64,000 bases of DNA from Bacillota bacterium (GCA_012837615.1 DUQX01000004.1:3436-67435), one strand, 5' to 3'. Counted from the first letter of the stretch, positions 44,276 through 55,373 are shown. Notes: generated by a model not told the origin, from the letters alone. Numbers and translations are program-made.

Positions 44276-45943
44276 TCATACTTCCATAATTATTGGCAAG
44301 ATCATCGGTTTCCTGCCGGTCTTTTCCCAAAGCAACTTACCCACCGAATCTTTGATAGTATTCTTTATAGTAGGCCAGTCACTAATTTTCTTTTGTAATA
44401 AAGTGTCCAGGACAAAGGATACATTTTCTTTTGCCTCTTCCAGCAATTCCTCCGATTCTTTTACATAGACGAACCCCCTGGAAACGATATCCGGGCCGGA
44501 TACTATTCTTTTTCCCTTCGTATCGATAATCATGACGATAATAAAAATACCATCCCTGGACAATACCTTCCTATCCCTTAACACAATGTTTCCTACATCA
44601 CCAACACCGAGACCATCAACAAAAACCCCTCCCGCCTGGACCGTTGCTGCAATTCTCCCCGAAGTAGGCGTGAATTCCAATACAGTCCCGTTTTCCACGA
44701 TAAAAATATTCTCTTTATCCATGCCAAGTTTTTGCGCCAACTCCGCATGATGAATTAAATGACGGAACTCGCCATGAACAGGTATTAAATAACGGGGGCG
44801 AAGCAAACTTAACATTAATTTCAACTCTTCCTGGCTGGCATGACCTGAAACATGAATACCTGAAACAGCATCGTATACGACTTCGGCACCTCTCCGGAAA
44901 AGATTATCTATTGTCCTGGAAACCAGCTTTTCATTGCCGGGTATAGGGGTAGCAGCAATTACCACCGTATCCTGGGGAATAATTTCCAGTTTTCTGTGGT
45001 TAGCGGTGGCCAGCCTCGCAAGTGCAGACATCGGTTCTCCCTGTGTACCTGTAGTCAGTATCGCAACCTGTCTTTTGGGAACTTTATTCACTTCATCAAT
45101 GTCCAGGAGAAGCCCCTTCGGAATGTTTAGATAGCCGAGCTTTTGTGAGATCTCCACCACATTAACCATACTCCAGCCGTCTACAACAAGTTTTCTTCCG
45201 GAAAAAACGGCAGCATTAACAATCTGCTGTATACGGTGGACATTGGAGGCAAAAGTAACAGTAATAATTCTCCCTTCGGCAGAACAAAAAATATCTATTA
45301 ATTTTTCTCCCAGTTCCTTTTCTGAGCGGGTATAACCGGGGCGCTCGGCATTGGTGCTGTCAGATAAAGCAACCAACACACCTTCTTTACCTATCCGGGC
45401 CAGGCTGTCAAAGTCGGTATTTTTACCCTGAACCGGAGTATGGTCAAACTTGAAATCACTGGTATAGACAACATTTCCCACAGGGGTATTCAAGACAATA
45501 CCTACAGAGTCCGGGATACTGTGATTTGTCGTAAAAAAGCTTATTTTTATCCGGCCTATTTCAATTACATCGTCGGACTTTATTTCGATTAATGTTGTCT
45601 CCTGAAGCAGGCCGAACTCTTCCAGTTTTATTTTCAAGAGACCTAGCGTGAGCTTAGTTCCGTAAACCGGAACGTTTATTTTCGGTAAAATATATGGCAA
45701 TCCCCCAATATGATCTTCGTGACCGTGGGAGAGAAAAATAGCCTTTATTTTATCCTTGTGTTCTAATAGATAAGTAATATCCGGTATTACTATATCTACC
45801 CCCAACATCTCTTCCTCTGGGAACATTAAACCGGCATCCAGAATAATAATATCCTGGTCGTAGTTAATGGCAAACATATTCTTTCCTATTTCACCTATAC
45901 CACCAAGTGGTATAATAAATAGTTTGTCTGCCATTTTTTTCAT
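44276..45943 (-). CDS. rnj: Ribonuclease J (start ATG 45943)
   Basis: Metallo-beta-lactamase HGHEDHIG, a beta-CASP domain, and the N-terminus MKKMADKLFIIPLGGIGEIGKNM. Confidence 0.95.
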   Translation of the reverse strand: MKKMADKLFIIPLGGIGEIGKNMFAINYDQDIIILDAGLMFPEEEMLGVDIVIPDITYLLEHKDKIKAIFLSHGHEDHIGGLPYILPKINVPVYGTKLTLGLLKIKLEEFGLLQETTLIEIKSDDVIEIGRIKISFFTTNHSIPDSVGIVLNTPVGNVVYTSDFKFDHTPVQGKNTDFDSLARIGKEGVLVALSDSTNAERPGYTRSEKELGEKLIDIFCSAEGRIITVTFASNVHRIQQIVNAAVFSGRKLVVDGWSMVNVVEISQKLGYLNIPKGLLLDIDEVNKVPKRQVAILTTGTQGEPMSALARLATANHRKLEIIPQDTVVIAATPIPGNEKLVSRTIDNLFRRGAEVVYDAVSGIHVSGHASQEELKLMLSLLRPRYLIPVHGEFRHLIHHAELAQKLGMDKENIFIVENGTVLEFTPTSGRIAATVQAGGVFVDGLGVGDVGNIVLRDRKVLSRDGIFIIVMIIDTKGKRIVSGPDIVSRGFVYVKESEELLEEAKENVSFVLDTLLQKKISDWPTIKNTIKDSVGKLLWEKTGRKPMILPIIMEV

Positions 45944-46171
45944 TTTTCCTTTGTTCCGCAAAAAAAAATAGCACCTCTCTTCCAAACATTATTTGCCGTT
46001 CCTTTTCATTATTAATATTATACTTTAATTTACTACTAAGGGCAAATTAAAAAAGCCCCTTTAAAAGGAGCACTGCAGAAAACGATTCAAGAACTATCTT
46101 AAGCAATATGTATTCTTCCGGGGAATGTTTTTACATAGCTGGTAGATAGAAGCTTAAACTTTGGCGTTTAT

Positions 46172-47062
46172 TCATACAATACCGTAGCTCCTCAGCAAAT
46201 CTTGCAGCTCCGCTGCCATTTTCTGCGGCATAGCACTTAAAGGCAACCTGGTTCCCCCTGCAGCAACACCTGCCATGTTGAGTGCAGTTTTGACCGGAAT
46301 GGGATTGGTTATAGCAAACATAGCTTTAAATAAAGGCATTAAATATTGGTGTTTTTTTAATGCCTCTTCGGTCTTCCCTTCAAAATAAGAATTTATCATT
46401 CCTTTAATTTCCGGGCCAACAAGATGGGAAGCAACGCTGACTACCCCTTTTCCACCTACACTTAAAACGGGGAGGGTCAGTGAATCATCACCGCTATAAA
46501 CATCAAAACCCTCAGGAGCCTCCTTACAAATATATGTAATTTGTTCTAGATCCCCACTTGCTTCCTTGATCGCAACTATGTTGTCAATTTCCGCTAATTT
46601 TAAAGTTGTTGCCGCAGAAAGATTAACGGCAGTTCTGCCCGGAACATTATATAACATTATCGGTAGTGAAACTGCAGCGGCAATATTTTTAAAATGCTGG
46701 TAGAGACCTTCTTGGGGAGGCTTATTATAATAGGGAACAACCAGCATTAAACCATCTACACCAATTTTTTCAGCTTTTTTACTCATTTCGATAGCTGATA
46801 GGGTTGAATTGCTGCCGGTACCGGCAATAACTTTAAGTTTTCCTTTAACCTCTTTTATTACTGTTTCATAAATACGAAGTTTTTCTTCTTCAGAAAGAGC
46901 TGGAGATTCCCCTGTAGTTCCTGTAATAACCAGACCATCGGAACCTCTGTCTGCAAGGTATTTTGCCAGTTTTGCAACTTGCTCATAATCTACCTTCTGC
47001 TGCCGGTCAAAAGGAGTAATCATCGCTGTAAGTAAAGATCCAAAATTATTCCGCAAGGGCAA
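46172..47062 (-). CDS. dapA: 4-hydroxy-tetrahydrodipicolinate synthase
   Basis: GTTGESP and YNVPGRT motifs, with an active-site Lys context (IVAIKEASG). Confidence 0.95.
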   Translation of the reverse strand: MPLRNNFGSLLTAMITPFDRQQKVDYEQVAKLAKYLADRGSDGLVITGTTGESPALSEEEKLRIYETVIKEVKGKLKVIAGTGSNSTLSAIEMSKKAEKIGVDGLMLVVPYYNKPPQEGLYQHFKNIAAAVSLPIMLYNVPGRTAVNLSAATTLKLAEIDNIVAIKEASGDLEQITYICKEAPEGFDVYSGDDSLTLPVLSVGGKGVVSVASHLVGPEIKGMINSYFEGKTEEALKKHQYLMPLFKAMFAITNPIPVKTALNMAGVAAGGTRLPLSAMPQKMAAELQDLLRSYGIV

Positions 47063-47166
47063 ATACCTCCCTCCGTTTTCCCTTAGCCATTATATCAAAA
47101 TGGAAGATGATGATCAATTATTTGTCGTTAAATCGTTAAATAAGCACATCCTGGCTTTTCTTCTTT

Positions 47167-47772
47167 CTATGAATAGGAGGAGTTGCAAACCAAAATGGGC
47201 TGAATTTGTTCCTTTTTTAATGCCTTTTCTATGGTAAGCCGAAGCAGTTTCGTTTGAGAAACAAGCGAATTGGGTTTTTGGACAGGATCATCCTGCCCAA
47301 AGGGTACTAGAAATATATTTTTTGTGGACAGCAAAATCCCGATATTTTTAGCATTTAAACCAAGCCCGTCATTGGTTGCTATGCATAAAACAACGGGGCG
47401 CTGGTTTCTTAATTGCGCTTTTGCAGCCATCAAAACAGCGGTATCGCTTATTCCGTTGGCCAGTTTAGCCAGTGTATTCCCTGTACAGGGCATAATGGTA
47501 ATTACATCAAAAAGTTTTTGAGGACCAATCGGTTCTGCATCTGCTATCTCTTCAATAATACTCTTCCCGGTAATCGCCTCTACCCTTTCCCTGAGCATTT
47601 TTGCTTCACCATAGCGAGTACTGGTATCCCGAACCGCAGGGGATATGATGGGGAAAATTTCAGCTCCGGCCAATTTCAGGTTTTCCAGCTCCACAAACAT
47701 TCTATCCATTGTACAATGAGAACCGGTTATCGCAAAACCTATATTAATCCCTTGAAGGCTCAAATTTTTCAC
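47167..47772 (-). CDS. dpaB: Dipicolinate synthase subunit B (flavoprotein)
   Basis: GFAITGSHCT and MPCTGNTLAKLANGI motifs, directly after dpaA. Confidence 0.9.
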   Translation of the reverse strand: MKNLSLQGINIGFAITGSHCTMDRMFVELENLKLAGAEIFPIISPAVRDTSTRYGEAKMLRERVEAITGKSIIEEIADAEPIGPQKLFDVITIMPCTGNTLAKLANGISDTAVLMAAKAQLRNQRPVVLCIATNDGLGLNAKNIGILLSTKNIFLVPFGQDDPVQKPNSLVSQTKLLRLTIEKALKKEQIQPILVCNSSYS

Positions 47773-48664
47773 CCCTTTTCATTGAGGAGACAATTATATC
47801 CGGATAAACCTTACATAAAATATCAGCTGCAGTTTTTGGCGCAACCTTACCTGGCAAACCCGGCAGCGGAATCGCCTTAATATTCAATCTTTCTGCTGCT
47901 GCAAAATCAACCCCCCCTGGTGAAGTAGCGATATCAAGAATAAGGGTACTTTTTTTGATGCGATACAGAACTTCAGCATCTATAACGAGGGCAGGAATAG
48001 TATTGAAGATAATATCGAACTTTGCAACCTCTTCTGCAATTAAATTTAGCGGTATAGGCTTCATTTTATAAGCCTCAATCCAGGAAAGAACTTTTTTTCT
48101 TCGGACAGCTACAGCCACCTCTGCTCCCAGGGCTTTTAATGTATGAGCTAAAATCGATCCGCAGCGTCCAAAACCAAAAACCAAAACCTTACTGTTGTGG
48201 ATTGTTTTGTCCGTATTTTCCATAGCAACCTGGATAGCCCCTTCAGCAGTTGGTATAGCGCCGGGGACCGATATCTCATCCATTTCCCTTGTTTCACAAA
48301 CCAGCACGTTGTTTTGAATCAATATCTCTTTTAATGCCGGCCAGATATGTCCTGCAATAAACAATGTTTTTGGATTTATTGCCTTTAATATTTTAGGATC
48401 ATTGATAAATACTTTATCTTTTGCATAAGGGGTATATACTTCTCCGTTAGAATCGATTCCCATAAGAGGTGTTATAATAACCTGTGATAGTTTGATTGAC
48501 TCAATTAAATTGTCGCTAACATATATATTTTCTAAATCCGGATACCTTTCAAATCCATATAAATGTACATTTGCTCCAGTTTTTTTCAGATGCAAGTAAA
48601 GCTCAATCTCTCTTCTATCCCCACCAATTATCAGAATATTCAGCCCGAGGAGGATAATATCCAT
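47744..48664 (-). CDS. dpaA: Dipicolinate synthase subunit A
   Basis: IIGGDRRE at the N-terminus and a Rossmann GFGRCG motif, in the spoVFA position. Confidence 0.9.
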   Translation of the reverse strand: MDIILLGLNILIIGGDRREIELYLHLKKTGANVHLYGFERYPDLENIYVSDNLIESIKLSQVIITPLMGIDSNGEVYTPYAKDKVFINDPKILKAINPKTLFIAGHIWPALKEILIQNNVLVCETREMDEISVPGAIPTAEGAIQVAMENTDKTIHNSKVLVFGFGRCGSILAHTLKALGAEVAVAVRRKKVLSWIEAYKMKPIPLNLIAEEVAKFDIIFNTIPALVIDAEVLYRIKKSTLILDIATSPGGVDFAAAERLNIKAIPLPGLPGKVAPKTAADILCKVYPDIIVSSMKRGEKFEPSRD

Positions 48665-48755
48665 TTTATCACACCTCTCTTCCGCCTAAAAATCTCCTCA
48701 TTTTCTATTATGATATGTAAGTATAGATAATTATGTGAACGGGGCAAAACCAAAT

Positions 48756-48784
48756 AAAAAACGCGCTAATATAACGCGTTTTTT
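48756..48784 (-). terminator. Bidirectional-looking intrinsic terminator
   Basis: Stem AACGCG / CGCGTT, flanked by an A-run and a T-run, downstream of the YflT-like gene. Confidence 0.65.
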
Positions 48785-48869
48785 GTAAAAAAGATACACC
48801 TGTTTTTTTAAAAAAGGCAAAACCTGGGATAATCCTTGCATTATAAATAAACTGTCGGCCGATATTATG

Positions 48870-49367
48870 TTAATGGATCTCTACATCTTCAGCCCCATTG
48901 TCTTCTAAAATAGAAGCAATTTCCGGCACTTCATCGTTACTTGCTTTAATAGTAACCAGAATATCGCCTTCTTTTACTCTCTCTTCAAAATACCGGCCTC
49001 TTTCTTCAGGGATACCAAAATCAACAAGGCCGCCAGCAAGGCCGCCCCCTACTACGCCGGTAAGAAAAGCCGCCAGCGGACCGGCCGCAATAATGGGACC
49101 AACGCCCGGTATAAGCAGAGCTCCTGCACCGGCGAGCAATCCCGCTATACCTCCCAGGGCACCTCCGGTAAATACCCCCTCACCTAAATTTTGATTTTCC
49201 ATTGTTAAACGCTGGTCGGGTTCAGATTGCCCGCTGTTTCCCTGTCTCTTGTTATCCTTGGCAACCAGGGAGATTTCTCTTTCATCAAAGCCATTTCTTT
49301 TCAGTTCGCTAATAGCTTCCCTGGCGCGATCTTCGCTGCGAAAAACGCCTATTACGGCTTTTGCCAT
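48870..49367 (-). CDS. YflT / general stress protein 17M-like protein with glycine-zipper membrane segment
   Basis: The N-terminus VIGVFRSEDRAREAISELKRNGFDEREISLVAKD resembles YflT. The central region is Gly/Ala-rich and hydrophobic. Confidence 0.7.
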   Translation of the reverse strand: MAKAVIGVFRSEDRAREAISELKRNGFDEREISLVAKDNKRQGNSGQSEPDQRLTMENQNLGEGVFTGGALGGIAGLLAGAGALLIPGVGPIIAAGPLAAFLTGVVGGGLAGGLVDFGIPEERGRYFEERVKEGDILVTIKASNDEVPEIASILEDNGAEDVEIH

Positions 49368-49471
49368 ATAATTACCTCCTCAAATTGATTGTCTTCCGTA
49401 GGTATATTATTTCCTAGGCGTTTTCTTCTATACATACATTACAAGGTTTTTAGGAAACACGATATGAAATG

Positions 49472-49939
49472 CTAGAATTTTCCGCTGTGACCAAAGCCTC
49501 TACTGCCCCTATCGGTAGCGGGCAATTTTTCCACCGCAATTATTTTTACCCTTGCCAATTCATTAACAACCAGCTGGGCTATACGTTCCCCTCTTTGAAT
49601 ACGATAATTTTCCCTGCCCAGGTTAATCATTATTACCTGTATTTCACCCCTGTAATCAGCGTCAATTGTACCCGGCGCATTTAAAACAGTTAGGCCATAA
49701 TTTAACGCCAATCCGCTCCTGGGCCTTATTTGTCCCTCATAACCCGCCGGCAACGCAACAGCTATTCCAGTTGGAATTAATTTGAATTCACCCGGAGCAA
49801 TCAAGATATCCCTATCCACAGCTGCGAGAAGATCCAATCCCGAAGCTCCTTCGCTGGCATAGGCGGGGAGGGGTAAATCTTTTGCATGTTCCATTTTTTT
49901 AAATAGCACATTTATTTGTTTTAACAATTCATAACACAC
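49472..49939 (-). CDS. dut: dUTP diphosphatase
   Basis: [23 protein letters not shown] and [10 protein letters not shown] motifs. Confidence 0.9.
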   Translation of the reverse strand: MCYELLKQINVLFKKMEHAKDLPLPAYASEGASGLDLLAAVDRDILIAPGEFKLIPTGIAVALPAGYEGQIRPRSGLALNYGLTVLNAPGTIDADYRGEIQVIMINLGRENYRIQRGERIAQLVVNELARVKIIAVEKLPATDRGSRGFGHSGKF

Positions 49940-50099
49940 TCCGTAGGTACAGCATAATAGGGACTGTTTTTAAGGGCTGGGTTCTTTTGAGGCATCCTTG
50001 CAGGCATAGAATCGCAATTAAAAACACCATTTTATACTCTATTCCAATTGCTGCTATTTGTCAACACTGTTGTTGCTGTCTGGCAATGCCCGTACTATT

Positions 50100-50936
50100 T
50101 TATTCCCAGATTTCCACTACTAAGCGATAGCCCCAGCACGATGTTTTCACCATAATGAAATTGTCCCTGTTGTTACGAAATTTAAAGTCGAGATGATACG
50201 ATACCGTGGCGTCCATTCCTCTTGGAACATAATCAACCGGCATGCTATGCGGATGGCGTTCAACTATTTCCAGATCCGCATTTTTTACAGCATTATATAA
50301 TGTAGTTGCAACCTGACAGATACCCCCCCCGTAGCCGGGGACAATAGAATCTCCAACGATAATCGGAGCCAGGCCGTAATCCCTCTTATCTAGCTTACGC
50401 GGTGTTGTCTTCCTGTTGAATGAAAAAACTTCTCCGGGTGCTACCGGAGTGTTATTAATGAGATATGCAGCCAGCCTGATATTTTCCCCCCTGTTGCCGC
50501 CCCCGAAACCCGTCATGAAAGAACCTATTTTTTTATTGATACCCCGGTATAGATCCACTGTAATTTCCGGATCGAGAACAACATAGACGGGATCATGACA
50601 GGTATAAGGCTCCGCTTCCATTATTAACTGAACAGTTGCCCGGACATCTATTTTTTTACCGCAAACCTCTGGAAGCGTTGTGCCGGTAGAAAAATCCAAA
50701 TAAGCATTACGGGGCTTTGTGAAGTTATCCTGGTTCAGAGAAAGAACATAGGCATATACTTCGTGCTCTAACATTTTTTCCAGAAGAGTACCCTCAAGGT
50801 ATACTCCCCTAGAAACGCCATACTTTAAGCGATTATAGTTATCCCTGATATTAAAGGCTAAACAGCCGGTCATGATTAATATAACTATTAAAGAAAATGT
50901 TGTCCCCTTGATGCTGAATAAAATTAACTTCTTCAT
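50100..50936 (-). CDS. VanW-family protein (second paralog)
   Basis: GGGICQVATTLYNAVKNADLEIVERHPHS, with an N-terminal signal or anchor. Confidence 0.85.
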   Translation of the reverse strand: MKKLILFSIKGTTFSLIVILIMTGCLAFNIRDNYNRLKYGVSRGVYLEGTLLEKMLEHEVYAYVLSLNQDNFTKPRNAYLDFSTGTTLPEVCGKKIDVRATVQLIMEAEPYTCHDPVYVVLDPEITVDLYRGINKKIGSFMTGFGGGNRGENIRLAAYLINNTPVAPGEVFSFNRKTTPRKLDKRDYGLAPIIVGDSIVPGYGGGICQVATTLYNAVKNADLEIVERHPHSMPVDYVPRGMDATVSYHLDFKFRNNRDNFIMVKTSCWGYRLVVEIWE

Positions 50937-51934
50937 TTGATTTCTATCCGGTCATAATCCGGATCAAGTAATTTCTCCATGGTCACAATTTGAAAACCTT
51001 GATCCTTAATTACGGGAATAATTTCCCTTAACAATACTACAGTATCATCAGTAGGATGCATGAGTACTATGGCCCCTCCATGAATATTATCCAGCACCCT
51101 GGATTTCATCGCCTCGACCCCCGGCTCCATCCAATCCACAGTATCAAGAGACCATAAAACAGTACGCATATTTAAGCGGGATACTGTTTCCAGAACAAGA
51201 TCGTTATATTCTCCTTTATGAGGGGTATAATACATCGGCCTCCGGCCGGTAGCGGCAAAAACTATACTGTTCACCCTTTCCAGGCCGCTTTTAATCTCTT
51301 CAGGGGAAAAATCGGTATAAACTTCTGCATCTGTATGACCATGATTTTCTACGGTATGGCCGCCCTCAGCAATTTGTTTTAACAAATCTATATTATTTTC
51401 AGCCCAGCTACCTACAACGAAGAAGCTGGTGGAAACATCTTCATCGGCCAAGATATTTAGCATCGGACCAATAAACTCGGTTCCCCAGGCAACATTTATC
51501 ATGAAAGAAACTTCCTTTTTTAGGGGATTCCCCTGTTGAATATAGGCCCAGGGATAATCTTTTATCGATATATCAGGCAATCGCGTTTCCAAAACCGGAT
51601 ATACCGCTTCATCCGGAAGGGCCTGCATGATTTTATCCACTGTTTTTGGAATGTTTACTTCATAACCCCACAACTCAGGAATGATAGAACTGTATTGTTC
51701 ATCATAAACAGCATCAACGGGGCTGATAACCCATTCACCGTATTTTGCGGCAATCAGCTCTGTCACTTCATCCCTGGAATATCCCCCTACATTATGTTCA
51801 AGGAACGTCACACCCGGTTTTACCCCTTTAAAATACATTACCGCTGTATCTTTGAAAAATAACACACTTCCGATAACAAGTAACAAAACCAAAGCAACAA
51901 TTTTTGTTTTTGAGGATATAAAAAGAATAAACAA
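50933..51934 (-). CDS. Polysaccharide deacetylase (NodB homology domain), TTG start
   Basis: An N-terminal TM helix and NodB motifs (TFFVVGSW, ENHGHTD, LMHP). Confidence 0.85.
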   Translation of the reverse strand: MFILFISSKTKIVALVLLLVIGSVLFFKDTAVMYFKGVKPGVTFLEHNVGGYSRDEVTELIAAKYGEWVISPVDAVYDEQYSSIIPELWGYEVNIPKTVDKIMQALPDEAVYPVLETRLPDISIKDYPWAYIQQGNPLKKEVSFMINVAWGTEFIGPMLNILADEDVSTSFFVVGSWAENNIDLLKQIAEGGHTVENHGHTDAEVYTDFSPEEIKSGLERVNSIVFAATGRRPMYYTPHKGEYNDLVLETVSRLNMRTVLWSLDTVDWMEPGVEAMKSRVLDNIHGGAIVLMHPTDDTVVLLREIIPVIKDQGFQIVTMEKLLDPDYDRIEIK

Positions 51935-51958
51935 GTCCTCACTTCCCCGTATAAAATA

Positions 51959-52573
51959 TTACCTGAGCTCTGATATTTCTTCCGGAGTACCTATTGAATA
52001 TCCCTTCCACTTAATGAATTCGATAATATCCGGCAATATTTCAGCTGTTCCAGGATGCACAGTATGGAAAAGCAGAATAGCCCCGTTATGTAAACGTTCT
52101 TCGAGGCGGCTGATGATTAATTCCTTTTCGATATTCGAAAGCATCAATACATTTATACTCCATAGTAAGGTGACACAATCCTGTTCCGCAGCAATTCGGA
52201 CTGTTCCGGCGTTATATTCACCGAAAGGAGGACGAAAAAATAAGGGATAAAATCCCAGTAGCTCCCGGCATAAACCGTTAAACTTCTTTATCTCAGCAAC
52301 TATTTCTTCCTCCGGCATTGTCAAAAGCCTTGCCCCGGAATAAGTACTATTACCGAGCTCATGCCCGTTTTCAATAATTTTTTTTGCTTCAAGGGGGTTT
52401 CTTTCTAACCATTCCCCGGTAATAAAAAATATCGCCCGAATATCATGCTCATCCAAAATATCCAAAATATAACAAAGATGTTCTTTTTCCCAGAGAACAT
52501 TAAAAGTAAAAAAAACAGACGCTTCCGATCCCTCAACCTGATATATAGCCTCAGGCCGGTTTGGTTCCTTCAA
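51959..52573 (-). CDS. Polysaccharide deacetylase (NodB domain); N-terminal signal peptide encoded out of frame upstream
   Basis: NodB motifs (FFITGEW, GHELGNSTYS, LFHT). The track ORF starts at a TTG with no RBS and no signal peptide. See feature 52574-52644. Confidence 0.8.
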   Translation of the reverse strand: MKEPNRPEAIYQVEGSEASVFFTFNVLWEKEHLCYILDILDEHDIRAIFFITGEWLERNPLEAKKIIENGHELGNSTYSGARLLTMPEEEIVAEIKKFNGLCRELLGFYPLFFRPPFGEYNAGTVRIAAEQDCVTLLWSINVLMLSNIEKELIISRLEERLHNGAILLFHTVHPGTAEILPDIIEFIKWKGYSIGTPEEISELR

Positions 52574-52644
52574 AGTTACTATGGCATTAACGGCAACGAC
52601 GGCAAATAAAAGGCAAAGAGGTAAAAAAAAAGAGGTTTTTTCAT
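52574..52644 (-). other. Out-of-frame signal-peptide-coding leader with T9 slippery/homopolymer tract
   Basis: ATG 52644 (GAGGT upstream) is followed by AAAAAACCTC-T9 (A9 on the plus strand, 52623-52631). One extra T, or a -1 slip, gives MKKPLFFLPLCLLFAVVAVNAIVTL in frame with KEPNRP.... Confidence 0.6.
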
Positions 52645-52765
52645 TTGCTATTCTAACCTCATTTATTAATTTATATTTAATTTGTATTTATATATTAAGC
52701 CAAATATTCCTGAACAGGAAAGGAAAAACGTACAAAAAAAAACATAAACCCTAAGCGGGTCTATG

Positions 52766-54943
52766 TTAGTCCTTTTTAAAGCGCCTATTAGATCGGGCTC
52801 TCTTTCTGTTTCCATGAACCCCTTCGTCTTTGTTGTTATGTTTACCGCGGACTGCCGGTTCAGCCGGATCTTGGGGCAAAGCTTCCTTCCTCGACAGGTT
52901 GATTCTACCCTTATCATCAATATCAAGCACTTTAACCATTATCTGATCTCCAACGTTAACGACACTTTCGGTTTTATCCACGCGAAATCTATCCAGATGG
53001 GATATATGGACCAATCCTTCCTTTCCGGGGAGGATTTCAACAAAAGCTCCGTATTTTTCCGTCCGGGTTACTTTGCCCAGGTAAATCCTTCCCGGTTCAA
53101 CGTCTTCGGTCAGGTCCTCAATCATTTCCTGTGCTTTCTGCCCTACTTCCGCATCAGCAGCAACAATAAAAATTTTACCGTCAGGTTCGATATCAATTTC
53201 TGCCCCCGTTTCGGCAATAATTTTGTTAATTATCCTGCCTCCCGGGCCAATAACATCGCGTATCTTATCGGGTTCAATCTGAATTGTAATAATTCGTGGT
53301 GCAAAAACTGAAAGGTTGGGTCTGGGTTCTTTAATTGTTTCAAGCATTTTATCCATAATAAAAAGGTAGCCTTCTTTTGCACGGTGTAAGGCCTCCCTTA
53401 GTATCTCGCTTGAAAGACCCTGTATTTTAATATCCATTTGTAAAGCGGTTATACCTGATCGCGTTCCTGCTACCTTAAAGTCCATATCCCCTAAAAAATC
53501 TTCTATTCCCTGGATATCTGATAAAATAACATACTTTTCTCCTTCTTTAATTAAACCCATCGCTATTCCCGCTACCGGTGCTTTAATAGGGACACCGGCA
53601 TCCATCAGAGAAAGGGTCCCGGCGCAGACACTGCCCATGGAAGTTGACCCGTTCGATTCCACAACCTCGGATACGAGACGAATGGTATAGGGGAAATCGT
53701 CCTCCCCGGGAATTAACGGCTCAAGCGCTTTTTCAGCCAGTGCACCGTGGCCAATTTCCCTTCTTCCCGGCCCACGCATGAAACCCACCTCACCCACACT
53801 GTAAGGCGGAAAATTATAATGGTGCATAAACCTTTTCGATTCCTCGATGCCGAGGCCATCAAGCCTTTGCATATCCCTTAAAGCGCCCAGGGTACAAATA
53901 TTTAAAACCTGGGTTTGACCTCTGGTAAAAAGTGAGGAGCCATGGGTTCTTTTAAAAAGCTGAACTTCGGAAGAAATAGGGCGTATTTCATCTGCAACCC
54001 TGCCGTCGGGACGCCTGTTTTCGTTAATAATCATTGAGCGGAAAATGTTTTTCATCATTTTCTCAACCGCTATTTTTATATCCGGTTCATTCTCAGGATA
54101 CTGCTCTAAAAAATGCTGAATTGTATCGCTCTTCACCTGGTCTAGGGCAGCTTCCCTCTCCAGCTTTTCTTCCACTTTAAAAGCTTCTTTAAATTTGTCT
54201 TCACAGTAACTTTCTACTTCTTCTGATATCCCGGGATCAGCTTCAAAGAGGACTGCTTCCATTTTTTCCCGGCCAATTCGTCTCACCATCTCGTTCTGAA
54301 GCTGAATAATCTTTTTAATCTCCTCATGCCCCGCTAAAAGGGCAGCAATTATCTGCTCCTCTGAAACCTCTTTTGCCTTGGCCTCAACCATCAAGATAGC
54401 CTCATTTGTACCTGCAACAACCAAGTTTAGTCTGCTTACTTCAGCTTGCTCAACAGTTGGATTTATTATTGGCTCCCCATCGATCAGCCCCACATTAACC
54501 GCTGCAATCGGACCGTCAAAGGGGATCTCCGAGATTGAAAGGGCGGCAGATGCACCGATAATGGCCAAGGGTTCAGGGGGACAATCCTGATCAACAGAAA
54601 ACACTGTTACAACAACATGAACAGCATTTCGAAACCCTTTTGGAAATAAAGGCCTCAATGGTCTATCTGTCAACCTGGCTGCCAAAATTGCCTTTTCCGT
54701 TGGCCTTCCCTCGCGCTTAATAAATCCTCCCGGTATTCTACCAACTGCATAAAGCCGCTCTTCAAAATCAACAGTTAACGGAAAAAAGTCTACACCTTCG
54801 CGTGGTTCTTTAGATACGGTAGCGGTCACCAAAAGTGCCGTATCGCCATAACGTATCAAAACCGAACCGTTGGCCTGTTTTGCAATTTTACCTGTTTCTA
54901 TAGTTAGAATCCTGCCTGCAAGATTCATCTCAAAATTCTCCAA
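52766..54943 (-). CDS. pnp: Polyribonucleotide nucleotidyltransferase (PNPase)
   Basis: Two RNase PH domains, KH and S1 domains, and canonical sequence throughout. Confidence 0.97.
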   Translation of the reverse strand: MENFEMNLAGRILTIETGKIAKQANGSVLIRYGDTALLVTATVSKEPREGVDFFPLTVDFEERLYAVGRIPGGFIKREGRPTEKAILAARLTDRPLRPLFPKGFRNAVHVVVTVFSVDQDCPPEPLAIIGASAALSISEIPFDGPIAAVNVGLIDGEPIINPTVEQAEVSRLNLVVAGTNEAILMVEAKAKEVSEEQIIAALLAGHEEIKKIIQLQNEMVRRIGREKMEAVLFEADPGISEEVESYCEDKFKEAFKVEEKLEREAALDQVKSDTIQHFLEQYPENEPDIKIAVEKMMKNIFRSMIINENRRPDGRVADEIRPISSEVQLFKRTHGSSLFTRGQTQVLNICTLGALRDMQRLDGLGIEESKRFMHHYNFPPYSVGEVGFMRGPGRREIGHGALAEKALEPLIPGEDDFPYTIRLVSEVVESNGSTSMGSVCAGTLSLMDAGVPIKAPVAGIAMGLIKEGEKYVILSDIQGIEDFLGDMDFKVAGTRSGITALQMDIKIQGLSSEILREALHRAKEGYLFIMDKMLETIKEPRPNLSVFAPRIITIQIEPDKIRDVIGPGGRIINKIIAETGAEIDIEPDGKIFIVAADAEVGQKAQEMIEDLTEDVEPGRIYLGKVTRTEKYGAFVEILPGKEGLVHISHLDRFRVDKTESVVNVGDQIMVKVLDIDDKGRINLSRKEALPQDPAEPAVRGKHNNKDEGVHGNRKRARSNRRFKKD

Positions 54944-54990
54944 AAAGCAAACACCTCTATTTTTTCGGGGAGACCCGCTTTGTCACAAAA

Positions 54991-55260
54991 TTATTTTCTT
55001 AAACCAAGTTTTTCAATAAGCAGTCGGTACCTGTTTGGTTCATTCTTTTTCAGGTAATTTAATAAGCCTCTTCTTTTACCTACCATCTTGAGCAATCCTC
55101 TTCTGGAATGAAAATCTTTCTTGTGTATTTTAAGGTGTTCGGTTAACTGGTTTATCTTTTTCGATAAGATTGCAATTTGTACTTCAGGAGAACCTGTATC
55201 GGTTTCATGTACCTTAAATTGATTAATAATACTACCTTTAATTTCACTGGATAGAGCCAC
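54991..55260 (-). CDS. rpsO: 30S ribosomal protein S15
   Basis: Canonical S15 sequence (TGSPEVQIA...[16 protein letters not shown]). Confidence 0.97.
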   Translation of the reverse strand: MALSSEIKGSIINQFKVHETDTGSPEVQIAILSKKINQLTEHLKIHKKDFHSRRGLLKMVGKRRGLLNYLKKNEPNRYRLLIEKLGLRK

Positions 55261-55373
55261 TTAATTCACCTCCTTTATCTCTATTAAGACATCACTTAGC
55301 ATAATAAAACCTTATTCGAGACTAAGCAAAATTCTATCATATAGATAAACCTTTGTAAACATAAGGCACGTCT

